In this document: piece after piece, positions 1-10,119 of the stretch | Numbering within the stretch: the stretch's first letter is position 1 | Layout: each line of letters starts with the position of its first letter | Source: an uncultured cyanobacterium | Lineage (GTDB): Bacteria > Cyanobacteriota > Cyanobacteriia > Cyanobacteriales > CAWCAG01 | Assembly: GCA_963803805.1 (NCBI GenBank) | Contig: CAWDOD010000002.1 | Location: 448,001-512,000, forward strand | Reading direction: 5' to 3' | Length of the DNA: 64,000 bases | Notes under the pieces: model-generated | Seen by the model: only the letters and a program-made list of their open reading frames with translations | The model's database searches: none | What the model was told of the DNA's origin: nothing | Program-made: the position numbers and the translations under genes

Positions 1-975
1 ACCTTTAAGTGATTTTACCTGCTCTTCAGAAATAGAGTTCAAAGGAGCAGCAACTTCTACTTCAATAAAAAGACCTTTTTTCGTTGGTGAAACTCGCAAA
101 TAGCGAACATTTTCAGATGAAAAAGTCTCTGTCTTGGTAGTGATTAGCTTTTCCACATCTCGGCGAACATTCTTTTTAACCAAAAGATTTTTGAGAGACA
201 AACCTAAAGGCAACATTAATAGAGAAAGCATCACCAAAGAGAAGAACAAGCCTTGCCTAGCTTTTTTTAAACTCCCGTAACGTTGACATAAAAAGACTAA
301 TCCACCAGTAAAAATGATTCCTGTTAAATTAGTGATAAATAGTACCGAAGCCCCAGTACTAAGCTCATTTCTACCCAAGGCTAGACCAATGCCAATTACG
401 CTTAAAGGAGGAACCAAAGCCACAGAAATTGCCACTCCCGGTAGGGCTTCAGCGATACGACGACGGGAGTTGGCAAATGCTCCGGCAGCCCCAGCAGCCA
501 TTGCTATTCCCAAATCAATTAATGTCGGACTTGATCTGGCTAAAACTTCTGTTCCTACGGACTTTAAACCTAAGATATAAGTTGCTAAAAAAGCAGTGGC
601 AATAGTTAAAATACACCCTTTTAAAGTAGTAAGTAAAGAACGCTTCAATAAACGACGATTTGCGACTACCATGGCATAGGCACTACCGATTATCGGTCCC
701 ATCAAAGGTGCAATAATCATTGCCCCAATAATTACGGCAGCACTATTAGCAAGCAAGCCTAAAGTAGCAATGACTCCAGAAAGCCAAAGCATAAAATAAA
801 AGCCAAAAGAAGGAACTGAACTTTGCCAGAGAAGCTTGTTTAAGCTAGCAATTGGTACAGGCCTTTCTACTAACCACTTCCATTCGCCACTATGAGCATT
901 CCAATATTTGCCAAAGATTTGTTGAGGATAAAAAAGCCTTTTAGCCAAAAAAGACTTCATTTTGGTAAAGCTCAT
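1..975 (-). CDS. DUF389 (TIGR00341-like) membrane protein, 3' end outside the window
   Basis: Not in the ORF track; translated by hand from ATG 975 (alternative 960). Shows LSGVIATLGLLANSAAVIIGAMIIAPLMGPI, EVLARSSPTLIDLGIAMAAGAAGA and LPGVAISVALVPPL, the hallmark DUF389 motifs. Confidence 0.9.
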   Translation of the reverse strand, partial: MSFTKMKSFLAKRLFYPQQIFGKYWNAHSGEWKWLVERPVPIASLNKLLWQSSVPSFGFYFMLWLSGVIATLGLLANSAAVIIGAMIIAPLMGPIIGSAYAMVVANRRLLKRSLLTTLKGCILTIATAFLATYILGLKSVGTEVLARSSPTLIDLGIAMAAGAAGAFANSRRRIAEALPGVAISVALVPPLSVIGIGLALGRNELSTGASVLFITNLTGIIFTGGLVFLCQRYGSLKKARQGLFFSLVMLSLLMLPLGLSLKNLLVKKNVRRDVEKLITTKTETFSSENVRYLRVSPTKKGLFIEVEVAAPLNSISEEQVKSLKG

Positions 976-1145
976 AAAAAGAAACTTTTGGTAGAAAGTA
1001 TATTGAACCAGCTACTAAAGATGTAGGCTGCGATCGCTCATTTTACTCTTTAAAATAGTCTGGCGCCCAAAAATAAGTCTAATGAAATACATAAATTAGT
1101 CTTGCTTGCTATACACAAAATGTTTGGAAAATAATACTTTTACTT

Positions 1146-1186
1146 AAAAAAAGGATAAGTTCTATGTAATAGAAAACTTATCCCCT
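1146..1186 (-). terminator. Rho-independent terminator of the GlsB/YeaQ gene
   Basis: Stem GGATAAGTT(TT)CTAT / ATAGAACTTATCC followed by T7 on the minus strand. Confidence 0.7.
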
Positions 1187-1202
1187 TAGTTTTTAGATGA
1201 TT

Positions 1203-1481
1203 CTAAGCTCTACGGGTAATTAGACCCCAGATGAAAATCAATAACATTGCTCCTAGAACTGCAAAAATAATACTAGGAAGACTAAAAGCACCTGCTGAAG
1301 CTGCGGCTGCACCACTGCTACCAAGCAACATTTGACCTAAATATCCGCCTACAAGGGCCCCCAAAATCCCTAAACCCAAGGTTGCGAAAATGCCGCCCCC
1401 TTGATGTCCTGGATAAATAAGTTTTGCTAGGGCCCCAGCAATCAAACCCAAAAGTAGCCAAGCAATAATACCTGTCATCAA
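1203..1481 (-). CDS. GlsB/YeaQ/YmgE family (transglycosylase-associated) stress membrane protein
   Basis: IIAWLLLGLIAGALAK..PG...LGILGALVGG pattern; AGGAGG RBS upstream. Confidence 0.9.
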   Translation of the reverse strand: MMTGIIAWLLLGLIAGALAKLIYPGHQGGGIFATLGLGILGALVGGYLGQMLLGSSGAAAASAGAFSLPSIIFAVLGAMLLIFIWGLITRRA

Positions 1482-1719
1482 CTTTCCTCCTTATAAAACT
1501 AAACTCTATGCTTTTCATTCTATGAGGATTATTTTTACTTTGAGCAATACAAAATATTAATAAAAGCAAACTCTAACTTTTGAAAAGACCAAGTATCTTC
1601 CTAAAGTTATAGTAAGTTATTACGAGGAATTTTTTTTTATGTACGAAGTATGATTCTTGATAAAGTCGTTCTTTGTTATTATAATTACAAACTTAGTAAT
1701 GTTAAAAAGGCACTAATTT

Positions 1720-1905
1720 ATGCATTTACTAATAACAGAAGCAGCTTCCCAAGCAGGAAGTTTTCCTTTAGCTGCAACCATATTATTAGTTGTCGGCTTT
1801 ATCGCCGCAGTATCTCTCGGCTCCATCGCTTGGTATAATTCTAAGCGTCCTGTTGGTTGGGAAGGTAAAGAACGTCCTGACGTAGTTCCCAAAGTTGATA
1901 AATAA
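1720..1905 (+). CDS. psb35: Photosystem II assembly protein Psb35
   Basis: Single TM helix followed by GSIAWYNSKRPVGWE.KERPD.VPKV, the Psb35 signature. Confidence 0.85.
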   Translation: MHLLITEAASQAGSFPLAATILLVVGFIAAVSLGSIAWYNSKRPVGWEGKERPDVVPKVDK

Positions 1906-2020
1906 ACTTCAAGTCTTGAATTTTTTTGATTGCTAAGTTTGCTGTGCAAACTTCCTAGTCATTAAATGCTTTTCAATCTAAATCAAATAAATACTAAACA
2001 CAGTTTTTCAGAAAAAAATT

Positions 2021-2362
2021 ATGAGTGAACAAAAATCTTCTGGTGCTAACTACGACCGCAATCTAGTTACGGCTGAAACCGCAGCCCGTCAGGAAAGAGA
2101 GGGTAAAAATTTCAAGAAAACTCCTGAGAAAGAAGGAGACATAGATACAACTAGTGGCTACACAGTAGATAAAGAAGGATTAGCTAATAATTATGCTGTT
2201 GAACCTGAAATGTATGCAGAAACACCAGGGGATATGCAAAAAGATGAAGAAGAAGTAACCGCAGAGCGTAGCCAAGAACTTAAAGAAGTTAATAAAACCG
2301 ATGAAGATGGTAAACTCTCCAAAAATAAAGATGAGCGTGGCAAAGGGCCTGGAGTTATTTAA
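2021..2362 (+). CDS. Acidic, probably disordered cyanobacterial protein with a Psb34-like N-arm motif
   Basis: 113 aa, E/K/D-rich, no TM; contains GYTVDKEGLANNYAVEPEMYAE. Confidence 0.7.
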   Translation: MSEQKSSGANYDRNLVTAETAARQEREGKNFKKTPEKEGDIDTTSGYTVDKEGLANNYAVEPEMYAETPGDMQKDEEEVTAERSQELKEVNKTDEDGKLSKNKDERGKGPGVI

Positions 2363-2406
2363 TTGAGCTTTTACTTCTTTAGTTAGACAATTTTATTCAT
2401 TCTGTT

Positions 2407-2443
2407 AAAAGGAGCTGTCCAAAATAAATACAGCTCCTTTTTT
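2407..2443. terminator. Bidirectional terminator between convergent genes
   Basis: AAAAGGAGCTGT-loop-ACAGCTCCTTTT. Confidence 0.8.
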
Positions 2444-2467
2444 ATATTTTTGATTTACTTATTAAAG

Positions 2468-4762
2468 TTACTCGGACTCTTGTAACTTCCTGCTTTGGTC
2501 ACGATCCAATTTTAAAATCAACACTCCCAAGGGTGGCAAGCACAAATCTAAGGAATAAGAGTGATTGTGAAATGACCACTCATCAGTCCATTTTCCTCCT
2601 AAATTACCCATGTTACTACCACCATATTGACGAGCATCGCTATTAAATATTTCACTGTAAAAACCAGCTTCTGGAACCCCAACCCGATAATGACTGTGGG
2701 GTTGAGGGGTGAAGTTACAAACTGCCAGCAAAAAATCATCTGATTTCTCGCTACGACGTAGGAAAGAAACTACACTATGGCTGTTATCACTACAATCAAT
2801 CCACTCAAATCCTGCTTGGTCAAAATCTTGGCTATATAGGGCTGATTCTGTTTGGTAGAGGGCATTGATGTCGCTAATGAATTGCTTAAACTGGTTATGA
2901 GGAGGATGTTGTAGCAAGTGCCACTCTAAATCTGCCCACACATTCCACTCACTCCATTGTCCAAACTCCATGCTCATAAATAGAGTCTTTTTGCCGGGAT
3001 GAGCAAACATATAGGTAAATAAGCAGCGCACGTTGGCAAATTTTTGCCAAATATCTCCAGGCATTTTGCCTAACATATTACTTTTGCCATGGACAATTTC
3101 ATCATGAGACAGAGCCAGCATATAATTCTCGCTATGGTTGTACCACATACTGAAGGTGATATTATTTTGGTGAAATTGACGGAACCAAGGGTCCATAGCA
3201 AAATAATCCAGCATATCGTGCATCCAACCCATATCCCACTTAAGGTTAAAACCTAACCCTCCTACATAGGTAGGCCAAGAAACCATTGGCCAATCAGTGG
3301 ATTCTTCAGCGATGGAAAGAATGCCGGGATAGTAGCTAAAGATAACGTTGTTTGCCTGGCGCAAGAAATCAGCAGCTTCAATGTTTTCCCGTCCCCCATA
3401 TTGGTTTGTTACCCATTCCCCTGGTTCACGACAATAATCGAGGTACAACATCGAAGCTACGGCATCAACCCGAATACCATCAATATGATATTTGTCAAAC
3501 CAGAATAGGGCATTGCTAACCAGAAAGTTCCGTACTTCGTTGCGAGAATAGTTGAAAACTAAAGTTCCCCACTCCTTATGTTCTCCCTTACGGGGATCGG
3601 CGTGTTCGTAGAGATGGGTTCCGTCAAAGAAAGCTAAACCATGTCCATCTTTGGGAAAGTGACCTGGAACCCAATCTACAATGACACCAATGTTATTTTG
3701 GTGGCACTTATCAACGAAATACATAAAGTCTTCTGGAGTGCCGTAGCGGGATGTAGGAGCAAAGTATCCCGTTACTTGATAGCCCCAGAACTCGTCAAAA
3801 GGATGTTCTGCTATGGGTAATAATTCAATGTGAGTAAAACCTAATTCTTTGACGTAGGGAATAAGTTTTTCTGCTAGTTCATAGTAAGTAAGGAAGCGCG
3901 CTTCTGGTTTTAGTTCGGAAACTTGTACCTTTTCACCTTCTCCTTTCAGGGTTAGGGCTGGTTCTGCCGAGGAAGTATGCAACCATGAACCTAAATGAAC
4001 TTCATACACAGAGATGGGCTTTTTCAACGCCTCGGTGTTACGACGTTGTTCCATCCAACTACTATCATTCCATTCATAGACTTCGAGATCCGTAACGATA
4101 GAGGCTGTTTTCGGACGTACTTCTTGTTGAAAGCCGTAGGGATCTGATTTTTCGTAGATATGGCCTTCGTAGTTTTTAATCTCGTATTTGTAATGTTCTC
4201 CAGGGGCTATTTGAGGGATAAATAGTTCCCAAACACTATCATTACGTTTACGCATTTGGTGCTGCCGCCCATCCCAGTGGTTGAAATCTCCTAAGATAGA
4301 TACGTTACGGCCACTAGGGGCCCAAACTGCGAAGTATACACCTTTGATACCATCAACTTCTGTGGGGTGAGCGCCTAATTTTTCATAAATGCGATGGTGG
4401 TTGCCTTCTGCAAAGAGATGGAGATCAAAGTCTGTTAATTTAGGGGAACGGAAAGCGTAGGGGTCATAGGTTACTCGCTCCTGTTCTCCCTCTTTGATCC
4501 GTAATTGATAGTTATTAAACTCAGTATCGTCTATTTCGCACTCAAAAAAGTTGGGGTGATAAACAGACTTCATTGCATACTCAGTACGTTTATCGGGGCA
4601 GATAACCCAAGCTGCTTCTGCTTTTGGTAAGTAAGCCCGCACAACCCAACCTTTGATCGTACCGTTTTCTTGTATGGGATGAGAACCTAATATCTCAAAG
4701 GGGTCATGGTGTTGATTCCAAACAATTTTGTCAACCTGTTCGGGAGCGATCATTGTAGACAT
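2468..4762 (-). CDS. glgB: 1,4-alpha-glucan branching enzyme
   Basis: GH13 motifs IYEVHLGSW-like, DWVPGHF, GIRVDAVASM, AEEST, LSHDEIVHGK. Confidence 0.98.
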   Translation of the reverse strand: MSTMIAPEQVDKIVWNQHHDPFEILGSHPIQENGTIKGWVVRAYLPKAEAAWVICPDKRTEYAMKSVYHPNFFECEIDDTEFNNYQLRIKEGEQERVTYDPYAFRSPKLTDFDLHLFAEGNHHRIYEKLGAHPTEVDGIKGVYFAVWAPSGRNVSILGDFNHWDGRQHQMRKRNDSVWELFIPQIAPGEHYKYEIKNYEGHIYEKSDPYGFQQEVRPKTASIVTDLEVYEWNDSSWMEQRRNTEALKKPISVYEVHLGSWLHTSSAEPALTLKGEGEKVQVSELKPEARFLTYYELAEKLIPYVKELGFTHIELLPIAEHPFDEFWGYQVTGYFAPTSRYGTPEDFMYFVDKCHQNNIGVIVDWVPGHFPKDGHGLAFFDGTHLYEHADPRKGEHKEWGTLVFNYSRNEVRNFLVSNALFWFDKYHIDGIRVDAVASMLYLDYCREPGEWVTNQYGGRENIEAADFLRQANNVIFSYYPGILSIAEESTDWPMVSWPTYVGGLGFNLKWDMGWMHDMLDYFAMDPWFRQFHQNNITFSMWYNHSENYMLALSHDEIVHGKSNMLGKMPGDIWQKFANVRCLFTYMFAHPGKKTLFMSMEFGQWSEWNVWADLEWHLLQHPPHNQFKQFISDINALYQTESALYSQDFDQAGFEWIDCSDNSHSVVSFLRRSEKSDDFLLAVCNFTPQPHSHYRVGVPEAGFYSEIFNSDARQYGGSNMGNLGGKWTDEWSFHNHSYSLDLCLPPLGVLILKLDRDQSRKLQESE

Positions 4763-4929
4763 TAAACTATCTTATTTATAAGGTTCGAGGGGCCAATAAA
4801 ACTATTAATAGGTTAACAATATTTAAGAATTGCTACAGATTTTTAGTTTTTGGATTTTGGCCTAATATATTACCCTAGATAGTTCGCCTTTACTCCAAAA
4901 CGAAGGGTCAATTTAGCAATTTGATAAGC

Positions 4930-5247
4930 CTATAAAGGAGTTATTGTACGGAATAACTGCCGTATTTGCAGTAAGAAAATAAGTTGTCTTGTTTTAGCGT
5001 TCAGTTCTGGTGCATAGGGAGACTGGGCTAACTGGGCTTCTAATTGGGCATATTCAGCCGCAGTGAGAACTTGTCCATCAACAGGCGATCGCGCTTCAGT
5101 AATAATTTCTGTACGTAGTACTTCTTCTGGGATATCTTCAGGGGGAGGTAAGGTTTGGGCTACTTGCACCACTGTAGGTAGTAGCCCTATATTTATGCCA
5201 ATTATTCCAGCCCAATACTTAGTTTTCATTCCAGGGATGCTAAGCAA
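4930..5247 (-). CDS. Conserved cyanobacterial hypothetical protein (probable signal peptide)
   Basis: LPPPEDIPEEVLRTEIITEARSPVDG..LTAAEYA motif after a hydrophobic N-terminus. Confidence 0.7.
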   Translation of the reverse strand: MLSIPGMKTKYWAGIIGINIGLLPTVVQVAQTLPPPEDIPEEVLRTEIITEARSPVDGQVLTAAEYAQLEAQLAQSPYAPELNAKTRQLIFLLQIRQLFRTITPL

Positions 5248-5357
5248 GTTGATAAAAAAAATAAGACCTTAGATGTAGTTAAAAAATTAGCAGAAGCAGT
5301 ATGTGACGGGTTAAAACCGCGTCACCGATGTTTTACTTAATTTGATCAGAGTCCAGC

Positions 5358-5486
5358 TTATTCAGTTGGTGATGGTGCTTCTTCTGTGGGGGATTCTGCT
5401 GGTTCTTCACCAGCATCGTTGCAAGCAGCAAGAGGTAGAATCGCAGACAGAATTAAAGCTAGACCAATGAGCTTTTTAAAGTTCAT
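5358..5486 (-). CDS. Small 42-aa lipoprotein (below the ORF-track size cut-off)
   Basis: MNFKKLIGLALILSAILPLAAC-NDAGEEPAESPTEEAPSPTE*; lipobox LAAC; AAGGGG RBS upstream. Confidence 0.75.
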   Translation of the reverse strand: MNFKKLIGLALILSAILPLAACNDAGEEPAESPTEEAPSPTE

Positions 5487-5697
5487 GTTTTTCCCCTTAT
5501 ACGGAGCTAATATTATAACTAAGCAACTGTAGCATGAAAGTTTTCTTCTTTCCTCTTTCTTGGGAAAGAAGCAAGAGAAGTGACTTTTGTACTAGCTACT
5601 TTTTGTGATCTATATGGTTTTTAGATAAATTGCCGAGGGAGGATTTAAGCTTACCTTTACCAATAAGTAAAGCTTCTATTCAGATACTCTTTGCTAT

Positions 5698-6597
5698 TTA
5701 CGAAATTGCGTTTTTAATTTTTTTCCTAACAGAAGTAACTAATTCTTGGGGATGACGAGAAAAATAGGCTGTTCTAACTTTAATAAAATCAGTAAAACTA
5801 TCTACTGCAATATAGCTTTCTCTTCGCAAATAAATCCAGATGCTTTGATAATAAGGTAGCTTTTTTAAGTAACTATTCTCTAGGCTTTTTCGCCTTTTCA
5901 AGCTTTCACCGCTGCGATAGTCATTTAATGATTTAGTTCCTTCAAGTACTCGATAGTTACCCCAGATTTCATCAACATACTTTACGTTAGCTACTTGAAC
6001 TGCTTTAAATAGAAAATCCAAGTCCATTAGATAATTTTCTTGAATATCATATTCACCTATTTCTTCATGCAAACATTTATGATAAAAGTAAGCAGAGGGA
6101 TTAACAGGATGAGGATTGATCTTAAATCCTTTTAATAAGTCTGTTAAACATAGTTTCCGTGGTTTATTAATATATTTTAGCTCTTCCTTAGCATCCCAAA
6201 CATTACAATTGCCTACTAATAGACTTGGTTTAGGTAAATCAGTAAACAATTCTAAGATTCGATTAAGAACGTTAGCTTGGTAGTAATCATCTACATTCAA
6301 GATAGCAATAATGTCACCTTTAGCTAAAGCTATGGCTTTATTCATGGCATCTGACTGGCCTTGATCTGGAGCAGAAATTAAGCGAATATGAGCATACTTT
6401 TCCGCATATTTTTTGACAATATCGACAGTATTGTCTGTTGAGTCGCCATCCATAATAATATGCTCAACTTGGGGGCAATTTTGGGTAATCACAGCTTGAA
6501 GACAATCTTCAATATACTCTGCGCCGTTGTATACAGGGGTAATAACACTAATTTCACCTGTAGAATTCAGGTTAAATAAATCCTCGGACTTCGACAT
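5698..6597 (-). CDS. Glycosyltransferase family 2
   Basis: ISVITPVYN, IIMDGDSTD, DQGQSDAMNK, LNVDD. Confidence 0.93.
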   Translation of the reverse strand: MSKSEDLFNLNSTGEISVITPVYNGAEYIEDCLQAVITQNCPQVEHIIMDGDSTDNTVDIVKKYAEKYAHIRLISAPDQGQSDAMNKAIALAKGDIIAILNVDDYYQANVLNRILELFTDLPKPSLLVGNCNVWDAKEELKYINKPRKLCLTDLLKGFKINPHPVNPSAYFYHKCLHEEIGEYDIQENYLMDLDFLFKAVQVANVKYVDEIWGNYRVLEGTKSLNDYRSGESLKRRKSLENSYLKKLPYYQSIWIYLRRESYIAVDSFTDFIKVRTAYFSRHPQELVTSVRKKIKNAIS

Positions 6598-6692
6598 TTG
6601 TTGAGTAGGAATAATAAAATTAATTCAGGGTATAAAAATCTAGATTAACATAGAAAATATTTGGCAATTACTATAGACAGTCATTACAGCTT

Positions 6693-7994
6693 ATGAAAGT
6701 TCTTTATGATACATCATTACTTGGAGCTAGCACTGGTGCATATGGCTTTAAATCAGGGTTGTTTCGAGTCACAGAAACATTAGCTTCTGAGTTAGTTAAT
6801 CTTCCCGAATGCGAAGTTACTTTTGGTGCTGGTGTCTCTTTAGAGATATGGAGTAACTCCCAGAAATATTTAGAGTCTCATGCTCTTTTAAAAGAAGTTC
6901 CTTTTGTCAGTAATACTGAAGTAAATATAGCCAGAAGAAAGCTTTATGATTTAACCGAAAAATCTATTAATGTTTTCCATAAGTTAGGCTGGCGCAAAAC
7001 CAAAAAAATACGGGAAAGCTTACTAGATTTATGGGCATATAATTTTCAAGCTCTTTCTATTGAGGGCTTACAAAAACAAGATATCTATCACTCTTTATAT
7101 CACGTTATTCCTCAAAGAGTTAAGAAGGTCAAAACCCTTAGTCGCTTTTTAACAGTACATGACATTATTCCTATAATATATCCTCATTTCTTTGGTCTGG
7201 ATAAGAATTTTACTAAAGCCAAGAAAACTTACAATCTCAAAGAAAGTTTGGATAGCTTAGATAGAGATGATTGGCTCATTTGTGTCTCTCATTCTACCAA
7301 AAGCGACCTCTGTAATCACTTAGGCAACAAAATTGATGAACAGAAAGTTTTTGTTACTCATTTAGCTGCCTCAGATTTATTTTATCCTTGCACTAATCAG
7401 CAAAAGGTTGCGGCGGTAAAGAAGAAATATGCTATACCTGATGCGCCTTATATTTTAAGTTTGAGTACCTTAGAACCGAGAAAGAATATTGAGCAAACTA
7501 TTCGCTGTTTTGCAAGGCTTGTAGAACAGGAAAAAATTTCAGATTTGCATCTTGTTTTAGCCGGTAAAAAGGGCTGGAATTATGATGACATTTTCCAAGA
7601 AATTTCTAATAATCCCAAAATCAAAGAGCGGGTGATTTGTACAAATTATGTAGCTGATGAAGATTTAGCTGCACTTTATAGTAGTGCCTTAGTTTTTGTC
7701 TATCCTTCTTTTTATGAAGGTTTTGGTTTGCCACCTTTAGAGGCTATGCAATGTGGCACTCCGGTAATTACTTCTAATACTTCTTCTTTACCTGAAGTTG
7801 TTGGCGAGGCAGGAATTATGGTTGATCCTCACGATGAAGATGAACTTTGTCAGCAAATGCTGAAAGTTTATAATAACTCTTTATTTAGGGATTCTTTAGC
7901 TATTAAAGCAAAGGAACGTGCTAAAAAGTTTAGTTGGTCAAAATGCGCCCAGGAAACTATTGACGCTTATAAATATGCTATGGCTAATTCTTAG
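6693..7994 (+). CDS. Glycosyltransferase family 4 (GT-B, mannosyltransferase-like)
   Basis: [29 protein letters not shown]. Confidence 0.95.
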   Translation: MKVLYDTSLLGASTGAYGFKSGLFRVTETLASELVNLPECEVTFGAGVSLEIWSNSQKYLESHALLKEVPFVSNTEVNIARRKLYDLTEKSINVFHKLGWRKTKKIRESLLDLWAYNFQALSIEGLQKQDIYHSLYHVIPQRVKKVKTLSRFLTVHDIIPIIYPHFFGLDKNFTKAKKTYNLKESLDSLDRDDWLICVSHSTKSDLCNHLGNKIDEQKVFVTHLAASDLFYPCTNQQKVAAVKKKYAIPDAPYILSLSTLEPRKNIEQTIRCFARLVEQEKISDLHLVLAGKKGWNYDDIFQEISNNPKIKERVICTNYVADEDLAALYSSALVFVYPSFYEGFGLPPLEAMQCGTPVITSNTSSLPEVVGEAGIMVDPHDEDELCQQMLKVYNNSLFRDSLAIKAKERAKKFSWSKCAQETIDAYKYAMANS

Positions 7995-8758
7995 TTGTCA
8001 ATATTAAGCTGTTCGAGAATCTTTCTAACTTCTACCAGAGAAAGGTCATAAACCGCAGCAATTTGTTCTATAGTTAAACCCAAGGATAATAGTCTGCTTA
8101 TCGCTCGTTGACGTTCAGACTCTGCTCGTTGACGCTCAGACTCTTCAGCAAGAGGATAAGGATTACCTTGTTCGTCGTACCAGTATAACCATTCCCTTGT
8201 CCACTCTACATAAGTCCCTCTACTTCTACCGATTCCTAAGCCTATTTCCGGTAGCCAGTAGGGTTCGTTTCCTATTTGTAAAACGTATTCTCCCTCTTCT
8301 AAACGATACAACTCCAGAGGCTGATGTCGCTCTCTTTGCCAATGACTGGGGTTATAAATCAGGTAGTAAAGTACTCCTAACCTTTTATATTTTTCTTTCT
8401 TCTGTTCGTACTCATCGTTATATTTCTTAGAAACTACTTCAATGGCAAACAGGGGCGGAATATAATCCTCTTCCCACAACACATAACTCAGCCTCCCTCT
8501 TTCTCCTTTGCGCCTGTCTACACCAATACTTAAGAAGCCATCGGGTACTAAAACAGGTTGACGTTGGTTTTCCAAAAGGTAGTAAACCCCCATATCTACC
8601 CCAAAAAACCAATCCTGCCGTTCTCGCCAAATAAAAGCCAGAATAGTTAAAAGTAAGTTAGGAACTAGGTTTTGTAGTTCATTATCCACAGGGGTATCAT
8701 CAGAGCAAGGTAACTCCTCACTGGTGGGTAAACGCGAAAGCGGTTCAAATTGTACCAT
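7991..8758 (-). CDS. Uma2 (DUF820) family endonuclease
   Basis: LPCSDDTPVDNELQ, VPDGFL, IEVVS, AESERQR repeats. Confidence 0.93.
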   Translation of the reverse strand: MVQFEPLSRLPTSEELPCSDDTPVDNELQNLVPNLLLTILAFIWRERQDWFFGVDMGVYYLLENQRQPVLVPDGFLSIGVDRRKGERGRLSYVLWEEDYIPPLFAIEVVSKKYNDEYEQKKEKYKRLGVLYYLIYNPSHWQRERHQPLELYRLEEGEYVLQIGNEPYWLPEIGLGIGRSRGTYVEWTREWLYWYDEQGNPYPLAEESERQRAESERQRAISRLLSLGLTIEQIAAVYDLSLVEVRKILEQLNIDN

Positions 8759-8784
8759 CTGTGGTTACTCCTTTAACTAAAAAA

Positions 8785-10023
8785 CTATTCTAAGCTTTGA
8801 ATCGCAAACTTCACCTTTTCCCTCACAGCTTGCCAAGAATATTCTGCTTGTAGCAACTCATATCCCCCTTGAGCTAAATTTCGTCCCAGGTTGGGATCAG
8901 ACCAAAGTTGACTTACCGCAGCAACAATTTCTTCTACACTATCTCTAATCAGCAAATGTGTGCCATCTTCGGCTTTAATACCTTCAGCCCCCTTACTTGT
9001 ACTAACCACAGGACAGCCAGCAGCGAAAGCTTCGAGGATTTTCAGGCGCGTACCTCCTCCTTCTAACAAAGGTACTACCATGACCCTAGCAGCAGCTAAA
9101 TAGGGACGAATATCTTCCACCTTACCTGTAACGATTATACCGGGTTCTTTTTTTGCTATCTGTTTCATGTAAGCTGTGGGGTTGCGCCCGACTAAAAGTA
9201 AGCGACAATGGGGATAAATTTCTTGCAATCGTGGGTAAATTTTTTCTACTAGCATCCTCATAGCAACAAGGTTAGGTTCGTGGGTATAGGAAGCTGTAAA
9301 AATAAGGGTTTGAGAGTTTGGCGACAACTCTGGGGGTATATAACATTGACCAAGGCGTACTGGGTCGTAGTATTCTGGATTAACACCATTAGAAACAACA
9401 TGAGTATCAGCTTTTTTCGTCGCTAACTTTTGCAGAAGAGAAGCATCTTCCTCGCTACAAACCCAAACTTGATTTGTTTGATTAAAGAGATTTTGCTCTA
9501 TAGTTTCTATATGTTTGAGCCAAGATTGAGAAACCTTTTTATCCAAACTTGTTTGCATTTCTTGACGCAAAAAAGTTTCGATATTATGAGCATCATAAAT
9601 TACTTTGCAATCATGACGTTTAAATAAGCTTAAGTAACGGTGGAGCCACAATTCTTCTAAGATGACGATTGAAGGTTTAAATTCAGCTAATATTTCCTTG
9701 ATTTGTTTAACTACAACCTCTCCATACAACTGATTACTCCAGGGATGATGGGCAGGTTGCAACCACCACAACTTATCTTTGATTTTCCTAAAGATGGATT
9801 GCCCTTTAGCAAGTTCTTCAAAATAATAGTTATGCCAAATCTCCACTCCTTCAGGAAATTTCCCCTCACCCTTTACTTTCTCAGAAACAATAGAAACAAC
9901 GGCTACTGACCCCAGGGTTTTCATGATATTAATATTTTGCCAGTTGCGTAAAGCGACTCCACCCATAGGCGGATAGGGTAAATGCCTGGTTATAAACAGG
10001 GTCGAAATTGCTTTTTTATTCAC
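8785..10023 (-). CDS. Glycosyltransferase family 4
   Basis: PYPPMGG..LR, DAHNIE, GGGTRLKILEAFAAGCPVVST. Confidence 0.92.
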   Translation of the reverse strand: MNKKAISTLFITRHLPYPPMGGVALRNWQNINIMKTLGSVAVVSIVSEKVKGEGKFPEGVEIWHNYYFEELAKGQSIFRKIKDKLWWLQPAHHPWSNQLYGEVVVKQIKEILAEFKPSIVILEELWLHRYLSLFKRHDCKVIYDAHNIETFLRQEMQTSLDKKVSQSWLKHIETIEQNLFNQTNQVWVCSEEDASLLQKLATKKADTHVVSNGVNPEYYDPVRLGQCYIPPELSPNSQTLIFTASYTHEPNLVAMRMLVEKIYPRLQEIYPHCRLLLVGRNPTAYMKQIAKKEPGIIVTGKVEDIRPYLAAARVMVVPLLEGGGTRLKILEAFAAGCPVVSTSKGAEGIKAEDGTHLLIRDSVEEIVAAVSQLWSDPNLGRNLAQGGYELLQAEYSWQAVREKVKFAIQSLE

Positions 10024-10054
10024 TGAGAATTGCTTCTAATAAAAATAACAAAGA

Positions 10055-10081
10055 GCGGATTAGATTCTCAGCTAAACCCGC
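10055..10081 (-). terminator. Probable terminator after ilvB
   Basis: GCGGGTTTAG...CTAATCCGC hairpin followed by a T-rich tract on the minus strand. Confidence 0.55.
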
Positions 10082-10119
10082 CCACAAGTATATATATCCC
10101 AATCTTCAGCTAAATATTG

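Noticed and set aside
314-580. 88-aa plus-strand ORF
   Set aside because: Antisense shadow of the DUF389 gene. The same applies to most short ORFs nested in long genes (e.g. 10435, 22062, 30787, 37764, 51126, 62715).
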